From: Sphagnum compactum
Lineage: Eukaryota
Assembly (NCBI GenBank): GCA_965153455.1
Contig: OZ234493.1
Coordinates: 34,090,213-34,154,212, forward strand
DNA length: 64,000 bases
Direction of reading: 5' to 3'
A model generated the notes under the pieces. That model saw nothing but the letters and a program-made list of their open reading frames with translations, made no database searches and was not told where the DNA came from. Both the position numbers and the translations under genes were made by a program. Positions within the stretch are counted from its first letter, which is position 1. Every line of letters starts with the position of its first letter. Below, piece by piece: positions 26,084-37,841 of the stretch.

Positions 26084-27199
26084 CCTTTCATTGTTGAATA
26101 ATGTATTGCACCCAATGTATTGAACGTCCTTTCAAAAAAGACTTGCATCCCATGAATCCCAACAATTGAATTGGGCATTGCTAACATCTTGGCAGCTGAA
26201 TTTACTGAATTTGTCAGATGCATTGCTGAACCAATTGGCAATTTGTTTTTCGAGAGAACAATGAGGTGGGTCACTCACATCTTCTAAGATGTTATTTTCC
26301 ATTTTCCAGATTAACATTTACTTATGATCTAGATCTATCTCATTAATTCACCCAAATGTCAGTGAAGGAGTTCATATCTCCTAATGATGTTCCCATTCAC
26401 GTTCCCTCCCAATATTTAAAACAGCAGCAGAGGTTCAGTTCCACCCACCACTACAATTCACAGATGGCCTGGAGGGACTCTTCTCAAACTGCGGCGACAA
26501 AAATATAATCCAGGGCGACAGGGTACATAGGACTTTTTGGGAAAAAAAATATGCATTCATGTCGCCATATTTTGAGGAAAGCAAGTCTGAATTCGCCATA
26601 TTTAGACAATGAGTTTCAGCAGGTCGCCAAGCTATAGGATTTTCCTACTTTTATGTAGCCAAATTTGGCTAATTCTTTTTGTAGATAATGTCCAGTGTGG
26701 CTACATCACAAATTTGGGGGTGGGAACCTTGCTCATGACACATGTATGTATGTGTGAGGTAAATAAATTATGTGGTCTCATCCCCCCAGTTCAAAGCAAA
26801 ACAGAAAGTAATATATTTAATTATGTGACTCCATCCATTTCAAAGTAAAATACGTGTACTACCTATTTAATTAATGATATGGTTTCATGCGTTTGCAAAG
26901 TAAAGTAAATATAATAATACATTAATTGACATTACTGTATTAAAATATGTGGTCACTGCCAAAATTGACTACCTAGTGCAGTACGAATTGAAACCATATT
27001 CTATATTATTATATTCAGAAATGGTGGGGGGTGGGGGTGCAGTGTAGTAGGTATAGTAGCAGCAGTTTTTATGTTTGTTGCGAGTGAATGGTTTCCTGCA
27101 ACATTCTGGTTCAGATGGGTGCACCTGGGTGTCCAAGCTTCTGGGTGGTCAGATGTAAGCAACCCTTCCCTCCCCACCCCCCCCCAATCCCCACAGCGC

Positions 27200-27309
27200 G
27201 GGCCCACAGGCGTGCGTGCGTACTGATCCACTCAGAGCTGCACACATCCTTTGTGTAGCCCACTCTCCCATCCCCCCATTGTACCTTACCACCTTCTGCT
27301 AGTGGGTCC
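27200..27309. promoter_or_regulatory. Putative proximal promoter of the GRAS gene with two class-I TCP-like sites
   Basis: GGGCCCAC at 27200-27207 and GTGGGTCC at 27302-27309 (GGNCCCAC consensus), in a CpG-containing stretch upstream of a pyrimidine-rich leader. Confidence 0.35.
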
Positions 27310-28038
27310 CTGCTGCTGCTGCACATGCCCATCCATCCTTTTCTTCCTGACTGACGGACCCCTTCCTTGGCTCTCGGGAGCTAGCTAGGTTATTCTCTGT
27401 TTTGTCTATGTCTCTCCAACCAAACTCCCATCTTAACAGCTCCTACCTGCCAGCGTTAAGCTCCTGATCTCTTCAGTGTGGCTCCTTTTCTTCTCCTTTT
27501 TTTCTATGTTTTTTTTCTTTTTTTTTGGTTTGGGGTTTGGGTTCCAGGCTTCGTTCTTACAAGTTGTATTTTTGTTCTAATCTTTCTGGTTCCAGTACAC
27601 ATCACACACCACACCAGGAAGTTCTCTCTCTGGACTTGTCCTTGAATGGATGATCATGAGGAGCGCTCGAGTTGTGTTCACAACTCCATGGTTCTGTTCA
27701 CTTCTGTGGTCACCTCCTTTGTAAGACCCTAGCTAGCTGCCAGCTGCAATTCATCAGTGCCAATTTTATATTTATTTATTTGTTTCTGTCATGGTGATGA
27801 TGAAGCAAAAGAACAACGGTCTGTGACCATATCTGATCAGCAGCAGCAGCTCCCGGGGATGTTGTTAGGCAAGCCTTGAGGCTCAGGCTCCTATTTGAAT
27901 GCTGTTTCTCCAGCAACATGCACGATGTTCTTGGCCACTCGGATGCAGACTTTGAGGTCCAGCAGCTGTAGAACATTTTTGTAGCAGCAAGCTCCCTCTT
28001 TTGGAAGTTGCTTGTAACGTGGAGATTTGTCCGGCACA

Positions 28039-30858
28039 ATGGTTGCTAGAGCTGCTGCTGCACATTATAGCACAAATTCATCTCCCCGGGAGCAGAATAT
28101 TGTGGTGCAGAGGGTCATGCTTGAAGCCGCTAGCGGTACCGTCGAGCCTGGAGCTGCAGCTGGAGGTCATGTTCAGTACGGGGGATGCAGCAGCAGGAGG
28201 ATGCTGCAGCAGCGTCATCAGCAGGGTGGTGGTATTCATTCGTATCATCATAGATATGCAGGTTTGAAGAAGAGTCCTAGTCTGTTGAATTCAGTAATGG
28301 ATGCAGTGACACTGCAGGTTTCATGCAGCAACAATCATAATCATGAGAAGGTTCAGATGATGGGACTCGACCCAGTTGCAGCAGAGGATGATGATGTCGC
28401 GGCGCAGCTGATGGAGCCGACTTCAGTCTTGGATTTAATGCAAAGTACGTCTAGACCCAGCCGATCATACTCCTCGTCGCCTTCCTTGTCGTCGCAACAT
28501 AGTTTTAGTTCCAGTGATGGATCCAGCCCAGTGATGAGTACGACTCAGCTGCTGCTGCAGCAGGTGGAGGAGCCTGATCATGCAGCAGCAGCAGCTCATC
28601 ATGATTATCATCCGCGTGCTGCTGCGGCGTTATCTGTTTTCAAGGAGGAACATCTGCATGCGGTTGTCAACCAGCAGCTACCGGCATCGACTGCAGACTG
28701 CATGTCGAGCATATCCGACTCTGACATCGCGAACTGGATGGAATGCCTGATGGATCCCAACCTAGCATTCAATGTGTTGCCAGAGTTTGCAGGATCACTA
28801 GACGATCAGTCGTCATGTGCAGATGGACTAGACTTCAGCGCTGCTGCTTGCAATCAGATGAAACTGGTGGAATGGAACGATATGGCACAGTTTTCTTCTG
28901 GTATTGGGTTCGAGAACTTCGAGATGAGCTGCTTGCAGGACAAGTCGGCAGCCATAAGTCATGACTACTGCGGCGCCCAATCTTTCTCTAGTGATCTTCA
29001 TGAGTTTCCGGTCGCTCCTGCAGGGACGTCGAGGTGCGAGCATGAAACTATGCTGGCGGCGACGGATCAATCGGCAGCAGCTGACTCTTGCCTATTGCAG
29101 GATGAAGCTCCGATGTTCGTCGTTCCTGGCCAGTTCTCTGAAGTTTGGTTTCCAGAGTCTATGAAACAGAAGCTGCCGCATCGGCTCACGAATACTAGAG
29201 CAGCCGTGCAGCAGTTCTCTCAAGGAGCTCTTTCGCCGTCGACGACAAGGGCGGCGCTGAAGAGTACCAAAGCTGATCACGGCGCGAGTTTTGCTTCAAT
29301 GCCTATGCAAGCTGAGAGTACAACTATTGTGCCGACATCGGAACTCCTGAAGCTCTTATCCACGCAGCAGCAAAGTAGTGCGTTGGACCAGCAGCTTGCT
29401 CCTTGCAGTATCATCGGCGACAAGAAGTCTCTGGCGGGGGCTGCAGCTCATGAGACGCCGCCACTGCAACAGCACCCAACAAGTCCTTCCGAGGACTCGT
29501 TGATCTGCAACGACATGATCTCGCCGGTCGTGGCGCCAGTACTTCAATTCACTAGTGGGGCGCAGAATCTCATACTGCAAGAAGAAAACACTGGACTCGA
29601 TCTTGTTCATCTTCTGTTGGGGTGTGCAGAAGCAATCGAGGCTTGCGACTTCGATGTCGGACATGCAGTTCTCACTCGCTTGAGAGCCAAGTCGTCACAG
29701 CATGGGGATCCCATGAAACGGATTGCATTCTATTTCGCTGATGCACTCGGTGATCGACTAGCAAAAGAATTGGCGGCCATGAACTCCAGCAGGACCACTG
29801 CACTCATCTACAAGCCAGCTGAATCTGCTGCTATCACCCCGGCGACAGCTTCTTCATCAGCTCTGGAGTCCGACCTCGCGTACCAGGCATCATATGAGCT
29901 ACTTCCTTTTGAGAAATTCACGCACTTCACAGGCAATCAAGCAATCTTGGAGGCAATGCTGGAACACCCCAAGCTTCACATTGTGGATCTAGCTATTCGA
30001 CAAGGATTACAGTGGCCGGGATTTATACAAGCGCTGGCTGTGAGACGGGGTGGACCTCCTCGTCTGCTCAGGATTACGGCAATCGGTCTTGATGTTTCTG
30101 CTTTGCAGCAAACAGGGAAACGCCTTGCCCATTTTGCGGAGTCGCTTCAGGTTCCGTTTGAGTATTGCGTGGTCCCAGAGAGCTTGGAGAATTTGGAACA
30201 AGGCAAGATTCGTGTGGAAGTGGATGAGATACTGGCAGTCAACTGCTGCAGTGTTTTGCACAGCCTGTTGAGGTTTAAGCACGGCGTTCTAGAGAACGTT
30301 TTGTGCACCATCCGAGCTCTGAATCCCGTTGTAGTTTCACTCTTGGAGGTGGAAGCGAACCACAATGCACCCAGTTTCATGGCACGGTTTGTGGAAGCGC
30401 TTCACTACTATAGCGCACTCTTCGACTCTCTAGAAGCCACTGATCATGATCGTGCAGGCCGCCTGCAGCACAGCTGCTGCTGCAGTAGTACTACTGAGAG
30501 AAGGCTACAAATCGAGAAGTTTTGTTTTGCACCGCAGATCAAAGACATCATCGCTTGCGAGGGTAACCATCGCCGCGCCCGCCATGTCCCTTGGGAGACT
30601 TGGAGATCTTTCTTCACGGATGCCGGCTTCCGGAACTTACCCTTGAGTGTATACGCCGCCGACCAAGCACAGCTTTTGCTAGGAGTATTGTACAACAACG
30701 GCGAAGCTGCTGCTGCTGCTGCTTTGTCGGCCGCCGCGGGGGACAACAACATGCTCATCCCATACAAACTGACGGGACTAGACAATGGGGTGCTGACTCT
30801 TGGGTGGCAGGACACCCCTGTCACCACTGTCTCTTCCTGGATCAGAACTAGTTGCTAA
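28039..30858 (+). CDS. GRAS family transcription regulator (DELLA/RAM1-like superclade), apparently intronless, 939 aa
   Basis: LHRI (GLDLVHLLLGCAEAI...GDPMKRIAFYFADAL), VHIID region (KFTHFTGNQAILEA...LHIVDL...QGLQWPGFIQALA.R.GGPP.LRITAIG), PFYRE (EANHNAPSFMARFVEALHYYSALFDSLE) and SAW (LTLGWQDTPVTTVSSW). The ORF track starts at TTG 28027; the first ATG is 28039, in strong ACAATGG context after an in-frame TAA at 28015. Confidence 0.95.
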   Translation: MVARAAAAHYSTNSSPREQNIVVQRVMLEAASGTVEPGAAAGGHVQYGGCSSRRMLQQRHQQGGGIHSYHHRYAGLKKSPSLLNSVMDAVTLQVSCSNNHNHEKVQMMGLDPVAAEDDDVAAQLMEPTSVLDLMQSTSRPSRSYSSSPSLSSQHSFSSSDGSSPVMSTTQLLLQQVEEPDHAAAAAHHDYHPRAAAALSVFKEEHLHAVVNQQLPASTADCMSSISDSDIANWMECLMDPNLAFNVLPEFAGSLDDQSSCADGLDFSAAACNQMKLVEWNDMAQFSSGIGFENFEMSCLQDKSAAISHDYCGAQSFSSDLHEFPVAPAGTSRCEHETMLAATDQSAAADSCLLQDEAPMFVVPGQFSEVWFPESMKQKLPHRLTNTRAAVQQFSQGALSPSTTRAALKSTKADHGASFASMPMQAESTTIVPTSELLKLLSTQQQSSALDQQLAPCSIIGDKKSLAGAAAHETPPLQQHPTSPSEDSLICNDMISPVVAPVLQFTSGAQNLILQEENTGLDLVHLLLGCAEAIEACDFDVGHAVLTRLRAKSSQHGDPMKRIAFYFADALGDRLAKELAAMNSSRTTALIYKPAESAAITPATASSSALESDLAYQASYELLPFEKFTHFTGNQAILEAMLEHPKLHIVDLAIRQGLQWPGFIQALAVRRGGPPRLLRITAIGLDVSALQQTGKRLAHFAESLQVPFEYCVVPESLENLEQGKIRVEVDEILAVNCCSVLHSLLRFKHGVLENVLCTIRALNPVVVSLLEVEANHNAPSFMARFVEALHYYSALFDSLEATDHDRAGRLQHSCCCSSTTERRLQIEKFCFAPQIKDIIACEGNHRRARHVPWETWRSFFTDAGFRNLPLSVYAADQAQLLLGVLYNNGEAAAAAALSAAAGDNNMLIPYKLTGLDNGVLTLGWQDTPVTTVSSWIRTSC

Positions 30859-32049
30859 CAACAACATGACCCATGCAGCTGGACTAGAGCTTTGCAGCTT
30901 CTTGCAGTGCATTTGTTGAACAGATTCAGTTCTAGAGCTCTGATTGTATCATAAAATTTCCAGCAGGACCTTGTAGAATATACAGATCCTGTGTACATAG
31001 TGTACCAGTAATCAATCAATCAATCAATGAAGCAATGAAGCAATCATCAGGCAGAGTTCTCATATAGTTTGAGGCTGAGCTGCTGGAGCCTGGGTGTGTG
31101 TAGCAGCTGCTGGTCGTTCATCCTCCAGGTGCTGCAGATGGCTAGTAGCGGCAGCTCTGATTGCATGTGTACAATCAAATGATCAGATCATGGTAGAGAG
31201 ATTTGTTAGCTCGTGTGAATGATCATCAGTAAACACTTGAATCCAAGGTTCTCACAAATTCTTCTGTACCACACCAAAAAAAGTTTTGAACAGTTAGAAC
31301 TGAAAATTGTTAAACCTGCTACCCATCTAACTCAGATGATCATAATTGCAGGTGGCCAGGCTGCATGTCCAATTCTTTTCAGCTTCAATGCAGCTTTGCT
31401 GCTGCAACAACAGGAGGGAATGAATATGCAGCTCAGCTGTGCAGCCACACTTACATGTGGATGAAATTAGTGAGGTCAAGCTAGTGTGGATTTTTTGTAC
31501 ATGGTCGAGAAGAAAGTCTTTTTAGCCATTCATCATGGTCTCTTGAGTGGCATCAATGATTTTACATCGTGAACTTAGACTCTTTCGAGTAATTCGCTAA
31601 TTGTGGGTGTTGCCCTGGACTTGGGAGTTGGGAGTAGTGCATTGATCATTGAAACTTTTAGATCATGGATGTTACAAATTGGAACTGTCTTTTGAGGCAC
31701 TGAGTGTGCATATTATTGTATAGCAGCAACAACTTCATGTAGGTAGCTGGAGAGATGAATCTGAGTTCCAGGAAAAGTTCTGTCCAGAACTTACAAATTT
31801 TGAATTTCATTGAAATTGAAAATCTTGCTGCTGAAGCTCCAACTAAATTGCAGTAGTCTACTTAGGAATTTTATCATGGCAATCAGATGCTTGAGTTCAC
31901 CAAACATGTACCAGTCTACCCACCATTCTTGCAGCTCAACTAACCAAGACTCAATGTAAATTTGGTGCAAGGCAATTAATTACACTCCAACACAATATGG
32001 TTTGTATATATTGCAAAGCGAGAGCCAACTCAGAATCCAAGGGTTCTTA

Positions 32050-32290
32050 TTTTTCAATTTTGTGATGTAGCCATGCTGGCGATCATCCACAAATAGATTT
32101 AGCCAAATTTAGCTATAAACCATATGAAAGTACAAAAAATTAAGAATCCTTTAGTATTTTGGTTACCTGCTGGAACCTGTTGTAAAAATCTGGCAATTCT
32201 AATTTTTTTTTCAAATGTGGTGAATGAGGCCCATTTTTTTGACAAAATTCTTTGAATGTGTCAAAATCATATTTTTCAAGTTCAAAAATG
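32050..32290 (+). repeat. Dispersed repeat family copy
   Basis: TTTTGTGATGTAGCCATGCTGGCGATCATCCACAAATAGATTTAGCCAAATTTAGCTA..., the same family as 12010..12470. Confidence 0.6.
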
Positions 32291-35200
32291 CCAAAAAAAA
32301 AAAGCTCACTAAAGATATTGAACCATCTGTTGTTAGTGAAAATGCATGAGTTACAATTAGCAAAGTAGCATCATAGTTGAATAACTCAATCTTTTTTCTT
32401 ATGGATATAAGAACATTGTCTAACATCATACAAGGTTCAATGTGGTTCAATGTAGCACTTATGGACACAAAAACATGGCTTAACATCATGTAATGTTCAA
32501 GGTGCCCTGATATGCATTAACAAGCAGACTAACAATAAACACGATGCTTAAAGTTGTGAATATAAGAACATTGTTTGAAATCATATGAAGTTCAAGGTGC
32601 CTATAATATTTGTAAAGAACTGGTGAAATTTTCTTAGTGTAGTTGGAGGGCACCTTAAAAAGGTAAGATTACGTCTGCTGTGAGGTGCACATCTTACATT
32701 CATAGATAGCAGGGTTCTTACACTTCATAAGCTTCCTTTCCTGTTCTTCTAAGGGGCCATCTTCAGAGGCTTTACCTACCCACATTTATAACATGCATAC
32801 TAACAACAGACAGGATGTCAGGAAGATTTCTTCTAACTATTGTGGTTTTGTGATCACTAGGAACTTCAATCATTTTTGCCTGTAGTCAAACGTCTCATCC
32901 GAAAGAGCAAGTTCATGAACACCAAAGTGAAGAAAAGTGTGGGCAACTGATGTACATCTGTAGTTCAGTAACCCAATTTGTGCTAGCTACATGTACACTC
33001 ATGCTAGCAACAAGGCAGTACCTGGAAAGAAGGTACAATTGGACATGCGGGACACCCACCAAGAAGAGGTGCCCCTTTTCTCTAATTTTGTTTGGAGGGT
33101 ATGACAATAGGCTACCTCTTAACTTGTGACTCATATGGGCCAACCTCCCACTTCTGATGTTGGCCCATATGCAAGGCCCTTATGAAGAAAAGGTCTCTTT
33201 GAAATTTGATGCTAGTACATGAGAAAGTCGTATGATAAGGGGGTTGGTTACCTCCCAACTAATTGCATCCCTTATGGACCCAGGTCACATTCCCACTTTT
33301 GATTGCAGAGCCTTATGAAATAGAGGTGTCCTTTGTTGTTGTTGGTGGAGCATGAGAATCAGTGGACATTGCATGACTTGGCTAAGTCCAACTTGCACCC
33401 CCTACATACTCAGCTCTCATATTTCACCATTGATTGGTTGTTAATTCTCATTCTAAATCTTATGTTGTGTATAATGTAAATCTTAGGCAATATGTTATAA
33501 AATGCTATTATTACAAGAGATATCATGTTCATTGTATGTTATGTTGTTCACTTAAGTCCTTACTATCAAGACTTATCATTTATAAAGATTTCATTATATT
33601 AGAGCAACTCCATTAGTAGCATTAAAATGACATGTGCATCATTTTTTGGATGAAGTTTCACATCCCAGTTCATGAAAATGAGAATGGTCTTGCAAAGATG
33701 AACAAGATGGAGTGGGTAATTTCAAAAGCCCCAAAAAAGTTCCCAAGTTTATGTTTGACCAATGAAATGATTCGTTAGAAATTGATTATTGATTTGGGCT
33801 TATTCATGGTTGGGTTATTACTTTTTTTACCAAAAGGTTTTTTTTGCATGGTTAGATTACATGAAACAATTTTTAGTAATTTCATTATCCACAACATATG
33901 AGTGAAAGCATGATAAAGTAGTCCAAAAAGTAGCTCTACTATGCAAAAACTAGGGGTCTCCAAGTAAAATATACAAAAGATAAATGAATTTGTGAAAATA
34001 ATATCAATTTTTTTGGGTGCATTCTATTTTAACTAATGTTGGCATTCTTCATTTTCAAAGTTGAATTGATATTCTTATGGTTTTTTAAATTACTTGTAAG
34101 GCAATGAATTAGACCTTTGTTTTTGTGGATAATTGAAAAATAGACTTTAAGTATTTGAAAGTACTTATAGTTTTTTGCAAATTGATTTTTTTTCCCACAC
34201 ATGTTAATATTGATGTGCTAAACATTTTAATACAAATTGTCTTGTACATGGAGTTTGATATCATAACTGAAATCATCTTCAACTTGTGAAAAGTGACATA
34301 ACCATCAACGATAATTTTCTGGTACTTTTTAAAGCCCAATTTACATAGGACAACATGTTATAACCTATATATATTTGCTTAGGTTCCTAACTTTAGGTTT
34401 TTTGCCAAGCCAAAATTACTTTTAATAACTATTTAGCCATGTTTAAGACAACTTAGTCTACATCTAGGCTTATTCACAGTTGGGGTTCCATAAAGAAGAA
34501 AAAGGACTCAAGGACTTTTGTGGGGCTCCTTTTTGCAAATAACATTCATTTGAAACAAATTTAAGTGAAAAAATTGAATACTAAAATTTAAGATACTTCA
34601 TGTGGCAGTGGTGATTTTTCACATTCATACGTAATTGTGTATGAATATTTTGGTTTATAGCCAGAAATGCAAAAATTCCCAAAAAAGCCAAAAATGAGTT
34701 TCAATGGACAACCAAACATGTTTTTTGGTGAAATGTTTTCCTACACATGTGACCTACACCTCAAGCTAGAGATTTTGATCCCATTGAACATAATGTTTTT
34801 GTCAAATGGTTAAAAAATAAATCCTCTTCCTTGCAGCTCTTTCTTCCAAAATTTGAAAACTTTGAAATTTTTGTATAACTTGGTTTTTCATCAAGTTCAT
34901 ATAATGAACATGTACTTTCATTGAAGGGGGCATGCTTTTGTTGTACAAAAAGTTTGAAATCAATTTATAAATTTATGCATTCCTTTTGATTCCCTTAAAA
35001 AAAATGTAGTTTAAACATTTGATATAGTTAGTTTACAAGACTCAAAATGACATTTACATAGTATCCAAATTATTTTAAATATTTTTATTAATTTAACAAG
35101 ACATTAGTTTATCTATTGGCATACAACAATCCACTACAACTATAATAATGTAAGATAAACAAAAATCCAAAGTTGTCCTTTGCAGTCCTTTAAATACATG

Positions 35201-37841
35201 TCATTCCTTTTTGGTACCCCAATTGTGAATACACCCATCTAACTTAAATTGACCTAACTTAGTTTAGGTGTAATGTACAAATTAACCTAGTATAGTTTAG
35301 ATTAACCTAGCTCAATCTAGGTCCAACTTAAACTATTTTATTACTTAAGAGACGCATTGGTTGCATGGTAAAGGCATAACTTAACTACATTCGGATGATC
35401 TAACTCTTGATATTCAATAGGCAAATAACTCAAATGTACTTGTGGTTCCAAAATACTTTAAAATGAAACATGTCCCGTAACCATGCCATGTAAGAAATAT
35501 TTTTAGAAGAAAGTTTTGTATGCAAGTAACAAAAACTTGTTGTGCACTAACATGTCTATTACATAGTCTTCAACTAACTTGATGATTTATACCCATTCAT
35601 GGACATATTAACCCAAGTTGAAAAGAGATTTTCAGATGTTGTAATGAGTGGTTTATGTAGGGATAGGCTCTCTACCTATATTGTCAATAGTGTTGGTGGA
35701 GGTGCATGCATTATGGCAGTGTGAAAGGGCATTGGAAGCTAGTGACATCTCAACATTTCTATTTCCAAAATCTTCATGTGCAATTGGCAAAGTTAATGGA
35801 TGAAGGTTGGTCCTAGAGTTTTTTTCAAATTATCACGCACATATGTTAATAATGTGTTGGTGAGACTTTTTGAATGGTTTTCTTTTGTTGTCTTGAAGTG
35901 TTGATGAACATGGATGGCATGTCAACTGATAATTCCAACCAAGTTTTAGGCAATCAATATTTTCTTAGTGTGGCTATGAAGGGTTTTGATAAAGGGGAAG
36001 GTTGAAACTACTAGAATTGGTTAATGTAGAAGCACTTCTATCTTTAGGCCTTATATAAATGACTACTAGGAAGGACTTTGAGAGGTGCATGGATGTGCAT
36101 CCCAAGATGGGACAACCAAGAATGCAAGGACATGAACACATATCTTTGCTGGATTGTGTCAAGCACACGGTAAACTTTACAACACTCTATTACACAAATT
36201 TGCATAATTCATATAACAATTGTTGGTTGGCTGCTTGTCCTTTGTTTCCATTTGTGGCCAACATTACAACAATTTTTTAAGTGGAAGTGAAATAGCAACC
36301 CAACCTACATGTGTGCATTTGTTTCAAAACTAATATACAAAATGAAGGGTAAAAACACACTACACTCACCCTTTTTGGAGGTCACATTGGCAATTTTTTC
36401 TGGGTGAGTCAAATATTGTTGCATTATATTCAAATCTATTTGAGAAACTTGGCAAAAATGAGATGAAAAATTGAAACCTACATTCTAATCTTTCAAACCC
36501 AAAAAAAATACCAAAAGGATAAATGTTCAATCCAAGGTGGACTTTACAAAGGATGGTACATCCGATGTCATAGTCCAAACTACCCCAAACAAATTATCAT
36601 TATGGATTTTTTTTTCTTCTAGTGGAATTGGAAATTAAGCTTATAACTTTTTACCACCACACATTGAAGTGCCATAACACTTAAGATGAAAAAATCAAGC
36701 AAACAAATGTCTTTCAAAAAAATTTAATTTAAAATGAAAATGAAAATTCATAAAGGTCATTTCAATATCTAAATTGATTTTTCAAGGCCCATATTTTTAG
36801 AGATTTTTTTTAAAATTTATTTTATGGTGGTATGAACTTGGAAATGGAAAAAAATGTGAATTTCAACATGATTTAAGTGATTTTCTTTTGAAATCACTGG
36901 ATTTGGACTGTAAAAATGGACTTTCATCCGGCCTTTTGGGTGACTGTAGTGTGCATTTACCCATTTATTGGGAATGGGAATGCATCATAAGAGAAGATGG
37001 ACTCATTTTCCAAATTTGGAAGCAGTGCATCTCTGTCAATGGTTATTTTCCTCTTTATGAATATAATCTAGAAGATGAGTTGGAGGTGATGTAGAATTGT
37101 TTTGTGGGAGAACACATGTAGAGATTGATGATTCTTTTGCCCAAATTGTTACAATCCTTGCATTAGTTCCTAACATCTCCAATTTGTACTATCCATTCTA
37201 TGGTTTTGCAATGTGCACAAGTTGGGATGAAACATTCATAGAGCACTATGTATAAGACATATTGACAAATTACGTAATAAAATTGATGACCATTTCAAGT
37301 TTTTCCTTTTATGAATTTTGGGAGGAAGGAATTTGAGAACACCTTTAGATAAATAACTCAAAATAACCAAGATAAGAAATCAAAAGTTAATAACTTGAAA
37401 TAATATAAGAAGTCACATGTGATTAGAAAGAAGTTTTCAAATAAAGAAGTGTTAGAAACACCTTGAAAATACTAGAATTGCATAGATACACATTGAAAAA
37501 GTCATTAAAATTGCACTTATCAAAGTTAAATCAAGTACCAAATTTTTTTTAAGAAACTCTATGAGAGTCCATTTGAAATACTTTATATTTTGTGAATCGA
37601 AGTTCCCTATTTACAAGAGATTATGAGAAAACCTTTGAGATCGACAGGGATGTTACAACAATAGAAAGTTGGAAAAACTATAGTTCCACAAGCCCAAGCT
37701 ACAATAGTAGAAACTAGGAATTAAAAGTTCATATGCCAAAAATAAGAAGTAAAATGAATTCAAGATGGTAGTAGAATCTAATTCTTCTTTTGCCAAGGTT
37801 ATTGCCAAGAGTAGTTTTTTGGAGAGGTTTGTATTTACATT

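Noticed and set aside
27868..27888. Partial miR473/477-like target in the GRAS leader (GGCAAGCCTTGAGGCTCAGG)
   Set aside because: Three consecutive mismatches fall in the region pairing with the miRNA 5' seed.
28027..28038. TTG start given by the ORF track for the GRAS protein
   Set aside because: This is a eukaryotic gene; the in-frame ATG at 28039 in strong context is preferred.
29665..29687. miR171 target site expected in HAM-type GRAS genes (ILARLN position)
   Set aside because: The homologous codons read AVLTRLR (GCAGTTCTCACTCGCTTGAGA) and do not match GATATTGGCGCGGCTCAATCA.
28743..30851. Alternative-frame and antisense ORFs overlapping the GRAS CDS
   Set aside because: Shadow ORFs expected in GC-rich coding sequence.
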